Below the pieces are notes generated by a model. It did no database searches, was not told where the DNA came from, and saw nothing but the letters and a program-made list of their open reading frames with translations. Shown here piece after piece: positions 1-10,526 of a stretch of DNA of 64,000 nt. The position numbers and the translations under genes are program-made. Numbering within the stretch: position 1 is the stretch's first letter; each line of letters starts with the position of its first letter. Source of the DNA: Campylobacterales bacterium (GTDB lineage Bacteria > Campylobacterota > Campylobacteria > Campylobacterales > JALSKU01); the NCBI GenBank assembly GCA_027065125.1, contig JAMOOV010000180.1, forward strand, positions 14,437 through 78,436. Reading direction: 5' to 3'.

Positions 1-212
1 TTAAGATTTTTTTCATTTAATGTATCATCAAGAAGTCTTACATTAGTATCTACAAGTTTCGGCAACAGATATTTCGAATTGGCATTTACAATCTTTTCAT
101 CTTTAAAAGGCTTTATATCCACATCTATCTTTTTTATAACATCTTCTTCTACCCTCAAATCACCTTGAAACACAGAGTCTTTCAGTACGATATTTGCACT
201 TTTAATAAGCAT
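1..212 (-). CDS. dihydroorotase-like amidohydrolase, N-terminal part only (gene continues past the window start)
   Basis: ATG at 212-210, frame open to position 1 (so absent from the ORF track). My translation is MLIKSANIVLKDSVFQGDLRVEEDVIKKIDVDIKPFKDEKIVNANSKYLLPKLVDTNVRLLDD. It has the DHOase N-terminal pattern (IkNa.I...G.I..I...a.viDa.gk.LlPglvD.HvH), but the HxH metal site reads NVR. Confidence 0.45.
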   Translation of the reverse strand, partial: MLIKSANIVLKDSVFQGDLRVEEDVIKKIDVDIKPFKDEKIVNANSKYLLPKLVDTNVRLLDDTLNEKNL

Positions 213-269
213 TTTATATCCTATAAAATTTTTAAAATATATCTTGTACTATACCAAGTTTTTACTTAT

Positions 270-2132
270 CTATTGCAAAATTCTTTTTATATGTTCTAAA
301 AATTTATCCGAATCTATATAGCCCACGATTTTTTCATCTTTCATCTCATTGTGGTTTTTATCAAAAAATATCATAACCGGAGGTCCAAATACTTTGTACT
401 TTTTCATCAACTCTTTATCCTCTTTTGAGTTTTTAGTTACATCAACTCTAACAAGAGTAAAATTTTTAAAAACACTCTTTACTCTCGGATCGCTAAAAGT
501 ATTATGCTCCAACTCTTTACAACTAACACACCAATTTGCCGAAAAATCAACTATAACTGGTTTTGTAGAACTATTTATCACTTTTTCCAACTGATTGATA
601 TTATTTATTTTGATAAAATCATTTTCACCTGCAGGAATGCTACTACTATTTACATATCTTATGCTTTTTAAATTTTCAAGAGGAGAAAGTGGATTTGTAT
701 TGCCAAGAATTGCTCCTACAAAAAGAATTATACCGTATATCAACAAAAACAAACCTATCGCTTTGGACATTTTTGCGATACCTTTAGTACCCTCTCTTAT
801 AGGCTCCAAAGCTCCAAGATAAACCGATGAACCTATCAGCAACATAGCCCAAAGTAACATAGTGATTTGTGCAGGAATTACTCTTGAAAGCATATATACG
901 GCAACCCCAAGCATAACAACTCCAAAAACTTTGGAAACATTTTCCATCCAGCCTCCCGGTTTAGGCATAAATTTACCGGCTCCCAAACCTATAAGAAGAA
1001 GAGGCATCCCCATACCAAGACTCATCACAAACAGAGCCAAACCTCCGAGCAAAGCATCTCCGGTTTGTCCTATATAAACTAAAGCCCCGGCTAAAGGAGC
1101 TGCGACACAAGGTCCAACTATCAAGGCTGACAAAAAACCCATGATAGCAACACTCCATACTCCTTTACCCTGAGCTTTATCGCTTGTTTTACTTATTTTT
1201 GCTTGAAAAGAACTTGGTAATTGCAATTCATAATATCCAAACATAGAAAATGCTAAAGCTACAAATATCGCTGAAAATCCCGCTATCACCCAAGGATTTT
1301 GCAAAACTATCTGGATATTTGCACCAAACAATCCTGCCAAAACACCCGCTATTGTATATGCTACAGACATAGACAAAACATATATAATCGATAAAAAGAA
1401 TCCTCTTTTTGCATTCATATTCTCTTTTGATTGTGAAACGATGATGGATGAGAGTATCGGAATCATAGGAAAAATACAAGGAGTTAAAGATAAAAGCAGT
1501 CCAAAGCCAAAAAATGTTACAAGTATCATCCAAATACTACTCTTTGCCAAAGTTTGAGCTATTTTACTCTCTTTTGAAACACTCTTTTGAATCTTTTTAA
1601 TCTGTTTTTTGGAAGTAGGCATTTGTGGCAATTTCCACTTTATTTTACCGACATTTGCGATTTTGGTACTTTGATTTTCAATTTCTCTTTTATCATTTTT
1701 TATATCAAAATTAAATATCTTTTCCATAGGAGAATAGCAAAGTCCAAGCTTGGAACAACCTTGAAACTGGACTTTTAATTTTATTTTTTTTACATTTTCT
1801 CCCACTTTTTGTTTTATTAAAGAGATGGGAATATCTATTTTTACATCATTTAAATAAATTATAAATTCATGATATTTTATAGGCTTAGGAAAAGATATAT
1901 CTTCATTTAAAGATATTTTTTTAGGTTGAATTATGGATAGTTTGAGTTTATCTTTATATATATATATCTTATCCCCAAGTTTTATATATACTTGGATCTT
2001 ATCTTTTGTTATCTTTGCATTGGACTTAAATGCCTGTTTGGACATCAAAACCTCATCCTGCATGGCTCCATAAGAACTACTTATCAATATACCTATAAAA
2101 ACAAATAAGACAATAACTCTTTTCATTTGCAA
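270..2132 (-). CDS. dsbD: thiol:disulfide interchange protein DsbD
   Basis: 620 aa with a signal peptide. The central polytopic domain carries conserved Cys motifs (SLTPCIFPMIPIL, VGPCVAAPLAG). The C-terminal thioredoxin fold has WCVSCK. Confidence 0.9.
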   Translation of the reverse strand: MQMKRVIVLFVFIGILISSSYGAMQDEVLMSKQAFKSNAKITKDKIQVYIKLGDKIYIYKDKLKLSIIQPKKISLNEDISFPKPIKYHEFIIYLNDVKIDIPISLIKQKVGENVKKIKLKVQFQGCSKLGLCYSPMEKIFNFDIKNDKREIENQSTKIANVGKIKWKLPQMPTSKKQIKKIQKSVSKESKIAQTLAKSSIWMILVTFFGFGLLLSLTPCIFPMIPILSSIIVSQSKENMNAKRGFFLSIIYVLSMSVAYTIAGVLAGLFGANIQIVLQNPWVIAGFSAIFVALAFSMFGYYELQLPSSFQAKISKTSDKAQGKGVWSVAIMGFLSALIVGPCVAAPLAGALVYIGQTGDALLGGLALFVMSLGMGMPLLLIGLGAGKFMPKPGGWMENVSKVFGVVMLGVAVYMLSRVIPAQITMLLWAMLLIGSSVYLGALEPIREGTKGIAKMSKAIGLFLLIYGIILFVGAILGNTNPLSPLENLKSIRYVNSSSIPAGENDFIKINNINQLEKVINSSTKPVIVDFSANWCVSCKELEHNTFSDPRVKSVFKNFTLVRVDVTKNSKEDKELMKKYKVFGPPVMIFFDKNHNEMKDEKIVGYIDSDKFLEHIKRILQ

Positions 2133-2261
2133 CCTTTTATTATAATCAATAAGACCATTACACTCTTACCAAATACTTTTAATACTATAATTATTCGTAT
2201 ATATTATTCTATCATCTATAAATATAAATATTTTTGAAATTAGTTATTTTTTCTGAAGACA

Positions 2262-3059
2262 TTATACAATAGAAATAGCTTCGAACATATATTTTTCTAT
2301 ATCCTCTTTTTTATATTTAAAATCAAAAAATATTTCAAAGGCTAAAATAGCTTGAAAGATAAGCATATCTTTTCCATCTTTTACGGAAAGATTATTTTTT
2401 TTAGCCAATTTCAAAAATGGGGTTTGCTTATTATAGATAATATCTATGGCATATTTTGAATTTGCAAAAATTTTTAATAATATTTTTTCATCTATGGGAA
2501 AAATTTCATCTTTTAAACCCGCTGAAGTGGTATTGATAATCATATCAAAATCATATTTGTTGAAATTGTCCCAACTATATGTAACAAAACCCTCTTTTTC
2601 AAAATATTTTAATCTATGTTTACTTCTGTTGAGTATTGTGATATTGTAAGATTTTTTTCTAAGATATATGGAAATAGCTCTTGCAGTACCTCCAGCTCCT
2701 ATTATTAAAATCTTTTTTATATCTTTTATATCTTTTATTGTTTCGTAAAATCCGGGAGCATCCGTGTTGTATCCAAAAAGTTTGCCCTTTTTTTTGATAA
2801 TTGTATTAACCGCTTTGATATCTTTAGCTATTCCGCAAATCTCATCACATGTTCTATATGCATCCTCTTTAAACGGAACAGTTATATTTGCACCGGTTAT
2901 ATTCAAGTCAAAAAACTTTTCTCTTATTTTTGCTCCATCATTAAGTTTTATTCTTGTATAACAGGCATCAATGTCAAGAGATTTGATAGTGTAATTGTGT
3001 ATAAGCGGAGATATAGAGTGAGATACCGGATTGCCAAATATATTGAAAAGTTTATTCAC
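2262..3059 (-). CDS. aroE: shikimate dehydrogenase
   Basis: Motifs SISPLIHN, NITVPFKE, GYNTDAPGF and the NADP-binding GAGGTARA; 265 aa. Confidence 0.9.
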   Translation of the reverse strand: MNKLFNIFGNPVSHSISPLIHNYTIKSLDIDACYTRIKLNDGAKIREKFFDLNITGANITVPFKEDAYRTCDEICGIAKDIKAVNTIIKKKGKLFGYNTDAPGFYETIKDIKDIKKILIIGAGGTARAISIYLRKKSYNITILNRSKHRLKYFEKEGFVTYSWDNFNKYDFDMIINTTSAGLKDEIFPIDEKILLKIFANSKYAIDIIYNKQTPFLKLAKKNNLSVKDGKDMLIFQAILAFEIFFDFKYKKEDIEKYMFEAISIV

Positions 3060-4464
3060 TTAAATCATCCATTGAACTCATTAAAGCTTGGAGTTTATTT
3101 TGTACTTCAAGATATTCAAGTTCTTTTTTACTATCGGCTACTATGCCGGCACCTGCTTGAAATATTATTTTTTCATCATCAAGATATGAAGTTCTTATAG
3201 CTATAGCACTATCTAAATTACCGTCAAAACCAAAATATCCGATAACTCCACTATAATAACTTCTTTTCAAACCTTCAAACTCAGCTATCAATTCCATAGC
3301 TCTTATCTTTGGAGTTCCGGTCATCGTACCTGCAGTAAAAGTGGCGGCAAATAAATCAAACATGTCATATTTTTCATCTATAACTCCCTCGACATCGCTA
3401 ACCATATGCATAACATGAGAGTACTTTTCTACTCTCATCATATCTTTTACTTTAACGGTTCCGGGCTTGGCTACTTTTCCTACATCATTTCTGCCAAGGT
3501 CGATAAGCATCAAGTGTTCGGCTCTCTCTTTTTCGTCATTTAACATATCTTTTTCAAGTTCCAAATCTTTATCTATATTATTGCCTCTTTTTCGTGTTCC
3601 TGCTATTGGTCTTAAAAGTATATGCCCGTCTTTAAGTGCCACCATAACTTCAGGAGAACTTCCCACTATAGAAAAGGAGTTAAAATCAAGAAGATACATA
3701 TATGGTGATGGATTTTTACTTCTTAAAACTCTATAAAAGCTAAGTTTGTCTATTTTGGCATATTGAGTAAATCTATTGGATAAAACGATTTGAAAAATAT
3801 CTCCACTTCTGATCATCTCTTTTGAATTCTCTACCATATTAAAAAATTTTTCTTTAGAAAATTCAAATTTACCTTTTTGAGAATTTATTTTTGATTTTAA
3901 CAAATTAAATGGTTTATATGGTTTGAAAATTGCACTCATTATTTCATCAAAATATTTAGATCTATTTTCTACTTCGCTAATAACTGTCAGTTTGTTTGTT
4001 TTGTGAGAAAATGCTATAGTTATCTTTGGTCTGACAAGCTCTATATCAGGGATATGTAACTCATCTTTTAAGTTTTGCATATTTTTTGTTAGTTTTGGTT
4101 CAAAGATTTTAACGGCATCATATCCAATATATCCGATAAAACCGTCGATAAAGCCAACATTTGCCTCTTTTGAAAGTTTTCTATATCTATTTTTATCTAT
4201 TTTTTTATAGTAAGATTTTAGAAAGTCAAATGGATTGTTGCCTATATGTTCTTTTTTTCCGTTATCTGATATAAAATAACTCTCTCCATCTTTGTGCATT
4301 ATCTTCTCTCTTGCTCCTATAAATATAAAAGAGAAGTTACCGTCACTTGTATTTATGGCACTTTCGAAAAAGAGTATAATTTCATTTTCATATAACTCTT
4401 TTACTCTTTTATAAATAGCTATGGGAGTAAGTTGATCAAATAATATACTTTTAAATTCAACCAT
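3052..4464 (-). CDS. chorismate-utilising enzyme, anthranilate synthase component I / aminodeoxychorismate synthase (TrpE/PabB) family
   Basis: 470 aa. C-terminal chorismate-binding motifs are TGTPKIRAMELI, RSYYSGVIGYFGFDGNLDSAIAIRT and AGAGIVADS. TrpE versus PabB cannot be decided by eye. Confidence 0.8.
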   Translation of the reverse strand: MVEFKSILFDQLTPIAIYKRVKELYENEIILFFESAINTSDGNFSFIFIGAREKIMHKDGESYFISDNGKKEHIGNNPFDFLKSYYKKIDKNRYRKLSKEANVGFIDGFIGYIGYDAVKIFEPKLTKNMQNLKDELHIPDIELVRPKITIAFSHKTNKLTVISEVENRSKYFDEIMSAIFKPYKPFNLLKSKINSQKGKFEFSKEKFFNMVENSKEMIRSGDIFQIVLSNRFTQYAKIDKLSFYRVLRSKNPSPYMYLLDFNSFSIVGSSPEVMVALKDGHILLRPIAGTRKRGNNIDKDLELEKDMLNDEKERAEHLMLIDLGRNDVGKVAKPGTVKVKDMMRVEKYSHVMHMVSDVEGVIDEKYDMFDLFAATFTAGTMTGTPKIRAMELIAEFEGLKRSYYSGVIGYFGFDGNLDSAIAIRTSYLDDEKIIFQAGAGIVADSKKELEYLEVQNKLQALMSSMDDLSE

Positions 4465-4469
4465 AATAC

Positions 4470-5150
4470 TTACTTGACAACATATATAAATGCAGCTTTA
4501 TTGATATGTTTTTTGATTTTTCCCATATCCTTTAATGCACTTTTTCTATTGTCATATGGTCCAATTAGTATCTTTATGGCATTTTTACCTGCTATTTTTA
4601 TATTGTAAAGAGTATATTTGTATCCGGCTTTTGAAATCTTTTTCAGATACTTTTTACTTGGTTTTGCTTTAAAAGTTACTCCTACTTGTATATATGTTGC
4701 TTTGTTTTTTACTTTGGTATTTGACTGTAGTTTTGTTTTTTTAATTTTGGCAGGAGCTTTTTTGATGCTATTTTGTTTTTTTGTAACTTCATTTGCATCT
4801 GTTTGCTTTTTTTGATTTATAGCTTCTTGTTGCTTCTCTTTTTGTTTGAGTTTTTCAACCATAGCATTGAAATTATTAGTTTTTGTGCTATTTTCCTCTA
4901 TGATAGGTACTTGCTTAAAGAGTTCATCTTTATTTTGCTGTTTATCCGTTTTTGTAGTTGGCTCCGGAGGCAAAACAATATTGAATTTATTCTTTTTAGC
5001 TTCAGGTTTATTAAAAATCCTCATACCGGCTAAAATGAGTAAAAAAAGGATGATTAAAGCGATGCTTAATAGTAGTAATTTTTTCGTTTTTGAAGAATTG
5101 CTGCTACTCTTATCCAATACTATATCACTTAATTCATTTTTTTCTTCCAT
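4470..5150 (-). CDS. SPOR domain membrane protein
   Basis: N-terminal TM helix, Lys/Gln-rich linker, and a C-terminal ~75-aa SPOR-like fold (YIQVGVTFKAKPSKKYLKKISKAGY...IKILIGPYDNRKSALKDMGKIKK). Confidence 0.7.
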   Translation of the reverse strand: MEEKNELSDIVLDKSSSNSSKTKKLLLLSIALIILFLLILAGMRIFNKPEAKKNKFNIVLPPEPTTKTDKQQNKDELFKQVPIIEENSTKTNNFNAMVEKLKQKEKQQEAINQKKQTDANEVTKKQNSIKKAPAKIKKTKLQSNTKVKNKATYIQVGVTFKAKPSKKYLKKISKAGYKYTLYNIKIAGKNAIKILIGPYDNRKSALKDMGKIKKHINKAAFIYVVK

Positions 5151-5165
5151 CTTTATCTCCTTTAT

Positions 5166-5708
5166 TTACATATGTTTTGACCAAGATGATCCTCTTTCTT
5201 TTTTATATACCTCATAAGGCAGGATTAAAATATTAAAATCTCTTGGTATGTTTGGATCGGGAAACATTTTCCACTGTCTTGGCATCTTTTGTTGTAATTT
5301 AGCTGATAATAACTTTGCCAGTTGATAAGCTTCTTGCAAAGTTGTATGACCCTTATGAACATACAAATGAAGATGTCCTTTTGTTTTACTTCTATATGCC
5401 GTAAAATTTATATAACCCTCCTCTCTAAGCATTAATTGAGCCCTATGCCAAAATCTCTCAGGATCTCTGCCATTGTAGTCAAATACTATATTTTCAACTA
5501 TATCTCTATCACTTATCAAAGAGTGTGCCACAGTAATTTTGCCATCAGAGTGATCATTCATAACACTCCTTGTTAGCATTTTATCAACTCTTTCAAATTT
5601 ATCGAAAAAAGTTTTTCCTTTATATGTTACTTTATTGGCAATACCATCCTTTTTTACATAATAAAATTTTGTAATCATTTTTATAAGAGTTACATCAACA
5701 CTATACAA
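5166..5708 (-). CDS. conserved hypothetical protein (DUF1882-like), downstream partner of glyA in Campylobacterales
   Basis: 180 aa with no TM segment. The position immediately after glyA matches the C. jejuni / H. pylori arrangement as I recall it. Contains GHLHLYVH. Confidence 0.5.
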   Translation of the reverse strand: MYSVDVTLIKMITKFYYVKKDGIANKVTYKGKTFFDKFERVDKMLTRSVMNDHSDGKITVAHSLISDRDIVENIVFDYNGRDPERFWHRAQLMLREEGYINFTAYRSKTKGHLHLYVHKGHTTLQEAYQLAKLLSAKLQQKMPRQWKMFPDPNIPRDFNILILPYEVYKKERGSSWSKHM

Positions 5709-5720
5709 AATCTAACCTCC

Positions 5721-6968
5721 TTAATATGTTGGTTTATCATATATGATAAATTTACTTGAAAGCTCCTCTATCTCTTTTTTTATGTTTTTTTGAAGTTCCA
5801 CATCTTCTATATTATCCAGTATATCTGCTATTTTATTGGCGATAAATTCAAACTCTTTTTCTTTCATACCTCTGCTTGTAAGGGCTGCTGAGCCTATTCT
5901 TATGCCACTTGTTACAAACGGGCTTCTTGTTTCCCCCGGAACAGTATTTTTATTGACTGTTATACCGGCATTTCCAAGAGCAATATCAGCATCTTTACCA
6001 CTAAAATCTTTATCTAAAAAAGATACAAGTATCAAATGATTATCGGTGCCTCCACTTACAACATTATATCCTCTTTTTATTAAAATATCGGATAAAATTT
6101 TCATATTGGACTTAATTTGCTTTGCATACTCTTTCCAAGATGGTTTTAGATTTTGAGCAAAACCTACCGCTTTAGCCGCTATCACATGAACCAATGGACC
6201 CCCTTGAATACCGGGAAAAATAGCACTATTTATTTTTTTTGCCAAATCTTCATCATTTGTAAGTATAAGTCCTCCTCTGGGACCTCTCAATGTTTTGTGT
6301 GTAGTTGTGGTTACTACATGACAATGAGGAAAAGGATGAGGATGTTCTCCTGCTACAACAAGTCCAGCAATATGTGCAACATCGGCAAACAGATATGCTC
6401 CGACTTCATCGGCTATCTCTCTAAATTTTGCAAAATTTATCTCTCTAGGGTATGCACTTGCTCCGCAAACGATAAGCTTTGGTTTGACTATGTGGGCTAT
6501 CTTTCTAACCTCTTCATAGTCTATAAAACCATCTTTGTTAACTCCGTAAAAAAAGCTTGAATATGTTTTCCCGGAACTACTGACTTTTGAGCCGTGAGTT
6601 AAGTGTCCACCTTGACTTAGATCCATGCCTAATATCTTGTCATATGGTTTCAAAAGAGCTTGATATACTCCTTGGTTGGCTTGAGAGCCCGAATTGGGCT
6701 GGACATTGGCAAATTTGCAACCAAAAAGTTCACAAGCTCTATCTATGGCAAGTTGCTCTACTTGATCGGCATATTCGCATCCTCCATAGTATCTTTTGTT
6801 TGGATAGCCCTCTGCATATTTATTTGTAAAGACACTTCCCATAGCTTCCATAACGGCAGGATATGTGAAGTTTTCACTTGCTATCATCTCTAAGTGATTG
6901 CTTTGTCTTTTTAGCTCAAGTTCGCAAAGTTCGTATATCTTGGAGTCGGTATCTTTTAAAAAACTCAT
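5721..6968 (-). CDS. glyA: serine hydroxymethyltransferase
   Basis: 415 aa with the PLP-lysine motif [14 protein letters not shown]. Overlaps the lysS stop by 4 nt. Confidence 0.97.
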   Translation of the reverse strand: MSFLKDTDSKIYELCELELKRQSNHLEMIASENFTYPAVMEAMGSVFTNKYAEGYPNKRYYGGCEYADQVEQLAIDRACELFGCKFANVQPNSGSQANQGVYQALLKPYDKILGMDLSQGGHLTHGSKVSSSGKTYSSFFYGVNKDGFIDYEEVRKIAHIVKPKLIVCGASAYPREINFAKFREIADEVGAYLFADVAHIAGLVVAGEHPHPFPHCHVVTTTTHKTLRGPRGGLILTNDEDLAKKINSAIFPGIQGGPLVHVIAAKAVGFAQNLKPSWKEYAKQIKSNMKILSDILIKRGYNVVSGGTDNHLILVSFLDKDFSGKDADIALGNAGITVNKNTVPGETRSPFVTSGIRIGSAALTSRGMKEKEFEFIANKIADILDNIEDVELQKNIKKEIEELSSKFIIYDKPTY

Positions 6969-8470
6969 TTATCTTCCTTTTTTGTATTTTCTAATGGTTT
7001 CATAGCCGGAAATAGTATCACATCTCTTATAGAGTGTTGATTTGTCAATAGCATAGTTAACCTATCTATCCCTATGCCCTCTCCGGCAGTTGGAGGCATA
7101 GCATAGCAAAGTGCTTTAACATAATCTTCATCCATTTCATGGGCTTCATCGTCTCCCGCATTTTTTGCATCAATTTGAGATTTAAATCTCTCATATTGAT
7201 CAAGAGGATTGTTTAACTCGTTAAAACCGTTAGCTATCTCTTTTCCTGCACAAAATAGCTCAAATCTTTCAGCAATATTCAGATCTTCGTCACTTCTTCT
7301 TGAGAGAGGACTTATCTCTATAGGAAAATCCATTACAAATGTAGGATTGATTAATTTATCCTCTACAAAATTATCAAAAAGTTCAGCTTTAAGATGTCCT
7401 GTACTCATCTCTTTTTTAACGGATATTCCATTTTCTGTGAGAAAATCATATATCTTTGTTTTATCATTTATGATATCTCTTGGAATCTTTCCTATATTTA
7501 CCAAAGAATCGTCATAGCTTATCTTGGCAAAAGGTACACTAAAATCTATCTCTAAGTCTCCATAATTTAATTTTGTAGGGAGTTTCAATCTTTTTAATAT
7601 TGTTAAAAACAACTCTTCAGTTAAACTCATCAAGTCTTTATATGTGTGATATGCCCAATAAAACTCTATCATTGTAAATTCCGGATTATGAGTTAAGTCC
7701 ATACCTTCATTTCTAAAGTTTCTATTGATTTCAAAAACAGATTCAAAACCTCCAACAACAAGTCGTTTTAAGTAAAGTTCCGGAGCAATTCTCAAATATC
7801 TCTCAACCCCTAAAGCATTATGATGTGTAACAAACGGTTTTGCATTTGCTCCACCAGCGATAGGGTGCATCATAGGTGTTTCAACTTCAAGAAAATTTTT
7901 ATTTTCAAAAAATGATCTTATAGTGCTTATGATAGTACTTCTTATCTGAAAAACTTTTTTCACATCTTGATTCATTATCATATCAAGATATCTTTGTCTA
8001 TATCTTAACTCTTTATCACTTAGTCCATGAAATTTTTCTGGAAGAGGAGTGATGGCTTTGGTAACCAACTGCAACTCTTTAGCATGGATAGTTAACTCTC
8101 CTGTTTTGGTTACAAAAGGAAAACCGCAAACTTTGATAATATCTCCGACTTCAATATATTTTTTTATATCTTTAAACCATTCTGCCCCAAGAGCATCTCT
8201 ACTTATATATACTTGAAGGAGACCTTTGTCATCTTCTATCTTTAAAAAAGCTGCTTTCCCCATCAATCTTAAAAATTTTATTCTACCTGCAATACAATCT
8301 GACTTTTCTTCATCCCTTTTATTTTCAAGCTCTTTGACATAATCAAATTTTTGAATAAAATCCTGTGTTGATAACTCTTTTTTTATATTGTGAGGATATG
8401 GGTTTATACCTATCTTTTGTAAATCTTGTGCTTTTTGAACTCTTTGCAATTCATATTCATTTAAATCCAA
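6965..8470 (-). CDS. lysS: lysine--tRNA ligase (class II)
   Basis: 501 aa. Class II motifs are [20 protein letters not shown] and [11 protein letters not shown], with an N-terminal OB anticodon domain. Confidence 0.97.
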   Translation of the reverse strand: MDLNEYELQRVQKAQDLQKIGINPYPHNIKKELSTQDFIQKFDYVKELENKRDEEKSDCIAGRIKFLRLMGKAAFLKIEDDKGLLQVYISRDALGAEWFKDIKKYIEVGDIIKVCGFPFVTKTGELTIHAKELQLVTKAITPLPEKFHGLSDKELRYRQRYLDMIMNQDVKKVFQIRSTIISTIRSFFENKNFLEVETPMMHPIAGGANAKPFVTHHNALGVERYLRIAPELYLKRLVVGGFESVFEINRNFRNEGMDLTHNPEFTMIEFYWAYHTYKDLMSLTEELFLTILKRLKLPTKLNYGDLEIDFSVPFAKISYDDSLVNIGKIPRDIINDKTKIYDFLTENGISVKKEMSTGHLKAELFDNFVEDKLINPTFVMDFPIEISPLSRRSDEDLNIAERFELFCAGKEIANGFNELNNPLDQYERFKSQIDAKNAGDDEAHEMDEDYVKALCYAMPPTAGEGIGIDRLTMLLTNQHSIRDVILFPAMKPLENTKKEDK

Positions 8471-8935
8471 CTATTTTTCCTTTTTAATTTTTTTTCTACA
8501 CTCTTTACATATTCCGTGAAGTTGTAAAATGTGACTTTTTATCAAAAAATCATATTTTTTTGCTATCTCATCTTGTCTTTTTTCTATCTTTTCATCTTCA
8601 AATTCAATTATCTTTCCACAAATATCACATATCAAATGATCATGATGTGGTTTTATGGCTATTTCATACTTTTTGCCAGATTGTCCGAAAGATATGGATG
8701 TTATAATGTTTGACTCTTCAAGTAGATTCAGAGTTCTGTATATAGTCGCTATGCCTATATTGAGTTTTGGATGCTCTTGCTTAATATGGATATATAAATC
8801 CTCGGGAGTATAGTGTTTGTTGTTATCGTATAAAATCTTTAATATAATTTCTCTCTGTATTGTATATTTTAAATTTCTTTTTTTCAAAACACTTTTAAAA
8901 AATTTAATTAACTCTTCATATGTATAACTATTCAT
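8471..8935 (-). CDS. fur: ferric uptake regulator family protein (Fur)
   Basis: 154 aa with a winged helix N-domain, HHDHLICDICGKIIEF and a C-terminal CKEC. It lies directly upstream of lysS-glyA, as in the documented C. jejuni fur-lysS-glyA operon. Confidence 0.85.
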   Translation of the reverse strand: MNSYTYEELIKFFKSVLKKRNLKYTIQREIILKILYDNNKHYTPEDLYIHIKQEHPKLNIGIATIYRTLNLLEESNIITSISFGQSGKKYEIAIKPHHDHLICDICGKIIEFEDEKIEKRQDEIAKKYDFLIKSHILQLHGICKECRKKIKKEK

Positions 8936-8946
8936 AAATCAGTATC

Positions 8947-9510
8947 CTATTTGTCAGTAACCGCACTTGATTCGTTATTGACTTTTTTGTTCATTGTATT
9001 TATAGTTTTGTTGACATCTTCTAACTTGAATTTTACTATATAGTTTCCTATCGTTATTAGATAGGGATAACTATATGATTTTTTTAGTTTACTATCAATG
9101 TTTTCTCTAAATATATCTATACTTCTGAGTGCAAAAATAACAATAGAAAAGAGTAAAAATATCTTCAAAGAACCCACGATAAAACCTAATAGTTTATTTG
9201 TAAAACCCAACCCACTAAGATTGACCAGTTTTGTAAAAATAAATCCTATCACAATGGATGATAGCCAAATTATAAGTAAAATCGCTATAAAACCTATAAA
9301 GTATATAGAAGCTTTATTATTTATATGATATATGTTGGCATCGATAAAATCTCCTGCTTTTTGAGCAAATCTTGAAGCAAAAAATATACCACCAATTATA
9401 CCAATAAGTCCGAAAGTTTCTTTTATAATTCCACTAATAAGTCCTTTTACACCAAAAATAACAATCAAAGACAATAAAGCAATATCAAAAATTGAAACAT
9501 TTTCCATCAT
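8947..9510 (-). CDS. cvpA: CvpA family membrane protein (colicin V production protein homologue)
   Basis: 187 aa with four predicted TM helices and the N-terminal pattern DIALLSLIVIFGVKGLISGIIKE typical of CvpA. It sits upstream of fur as in C. jejuni. Confidence 0.75.
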   Translation of the reverse strand: MMENVSIFDIALLSLIVIFGVKGLISGIIKETFGLIGIIGGIFFASRFAQKAGDFIDANIYHINNKASIYFIGFIAILLIIWLSSIVIGFIFTKLVNLSGLGFTNKLLGFIVGSLKIFLLFSIVIFALRSIDIFRENIDSKLKKSYSYPYLITIGNYIVKFKLEDVNKTINTMNKKVNNESSAVTDK

Positions 9511-10526
9511 GCGACTACCACTCTATTTTTGCCTGATGTTTTAGCTTCATAAAGAGCTTTATCTGCTCTTTCTGTAATCAAATCTGCCGTATCTCCGATT
9601 TGATGAGAAGTTACCCCTCCGCTCATAGTTATCTGTATTGTATTGCTTTTGTATATCAATTTGCTTTCGCTAATTATTTTTAAAATTCTTTCAGCTATTT
9701 TTTTAGCTTTTTCTATCTCTGTCCTATTTAATATTACCACAAACTCTTCGCCACCAAATCTATATGTTTTTATCTCTTTTCTTAAGGTATTTTTTAAAAC
9801 TTTACCAACATATATAAGGGTTTTATCTCCGGCAATATGACCATAAGTATCATTTATTTTTTTAAAATCATCCAAATCAAAAATTATCAATGCAAGATCA
9901 AGTTTTTTATCTTTTCCGAAATGAAGAATATTTTCTATATCCTTCAAAAGAGCTCTTTTATTATAAAGTTTTGTTAACGGATCTATATTGGACTCTTTTT
10001 CAAGTTTTAAAACTTCCTCTTGAAGTTTTATTATAGTTGCATCTGCCTCTTTTAGTGTTTCAAGCAAATTTGAATGAAATTCATTGAAGCTTGTGATAAG
10101 CTTTGTGCTATCAAGTTCTTCAATATCTTTCGTAATCTTATTTAAATCAACAGAACTTTTTTTTGAGATTTTTTTAATATTTTCGTTTGTTTTATTAAAT
10201 TCTTTTATTGATTCTTTAGCGATATCATAGCAAGTATCAACTATTTGAGTATCTTGATTGTTATCTATAGAATCGATTAAGTATTTATTATTTTTTAAAA
10301 ATGCAGTCATCTCTTCATTAGCATCAATACTTTTTAAAAAATCTTTGAAAGAGTCTTGATAGTATTTTGGATATGGGGGAATATCCAACTGTTCGAGTTT
10401 GCGAAATGCTTCATTCCCAATTTTTTGTATATATTTAACAAATTCTTCATTTTTCACTTTTTTATTCCTCATTTTTGCAGATATTGTATTTGTTTCAAAT
10501 TGATATTTATCATATCTATAAAACAC
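9507..10526 (-). CDS. GGDEF-domain diguanylate cyclase with coiled-coil N-terminal region
   Basis: 339 aa with a C-terminal GGDEF domain (DPLTKLYNKRAL, FDLDDFKKINDTYGH, RFGGEEF). No RxxD I-site five residues upstream of GGEEF. The start overlaps the pilT stop by 11 nt. Confidence 0.85.
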   Translation of the reverse strand: MFYRYDKYQFETNTISAKMRNKKVKNEEFVKYIQKIGNEAFRKLEQLDIPPYPKYYQDSFKDFLKSIDANEEMTAFLKNNKYLIDSIDNNQDTQIVDTCYDIAKESIKEFNKTNENIKKISKKSSVDLNKITKDIEELDSTKLITSFNEFHSNLLETLKEADATIIKLQEEVLKLEKESNIDPLTKLYNKRALLKDIENILHFGKDKKLDLALIIFDLDDFKKINDTYGHIAGDKTLIYVGKVLKNTLRKEIKTYRFGGEEFVVILNRTEIEKAKKIAERILKIISESKLIYKSNTIQITMSGGVTSHQIGDTADLITERADKALYEAKTSGKNRVVVA

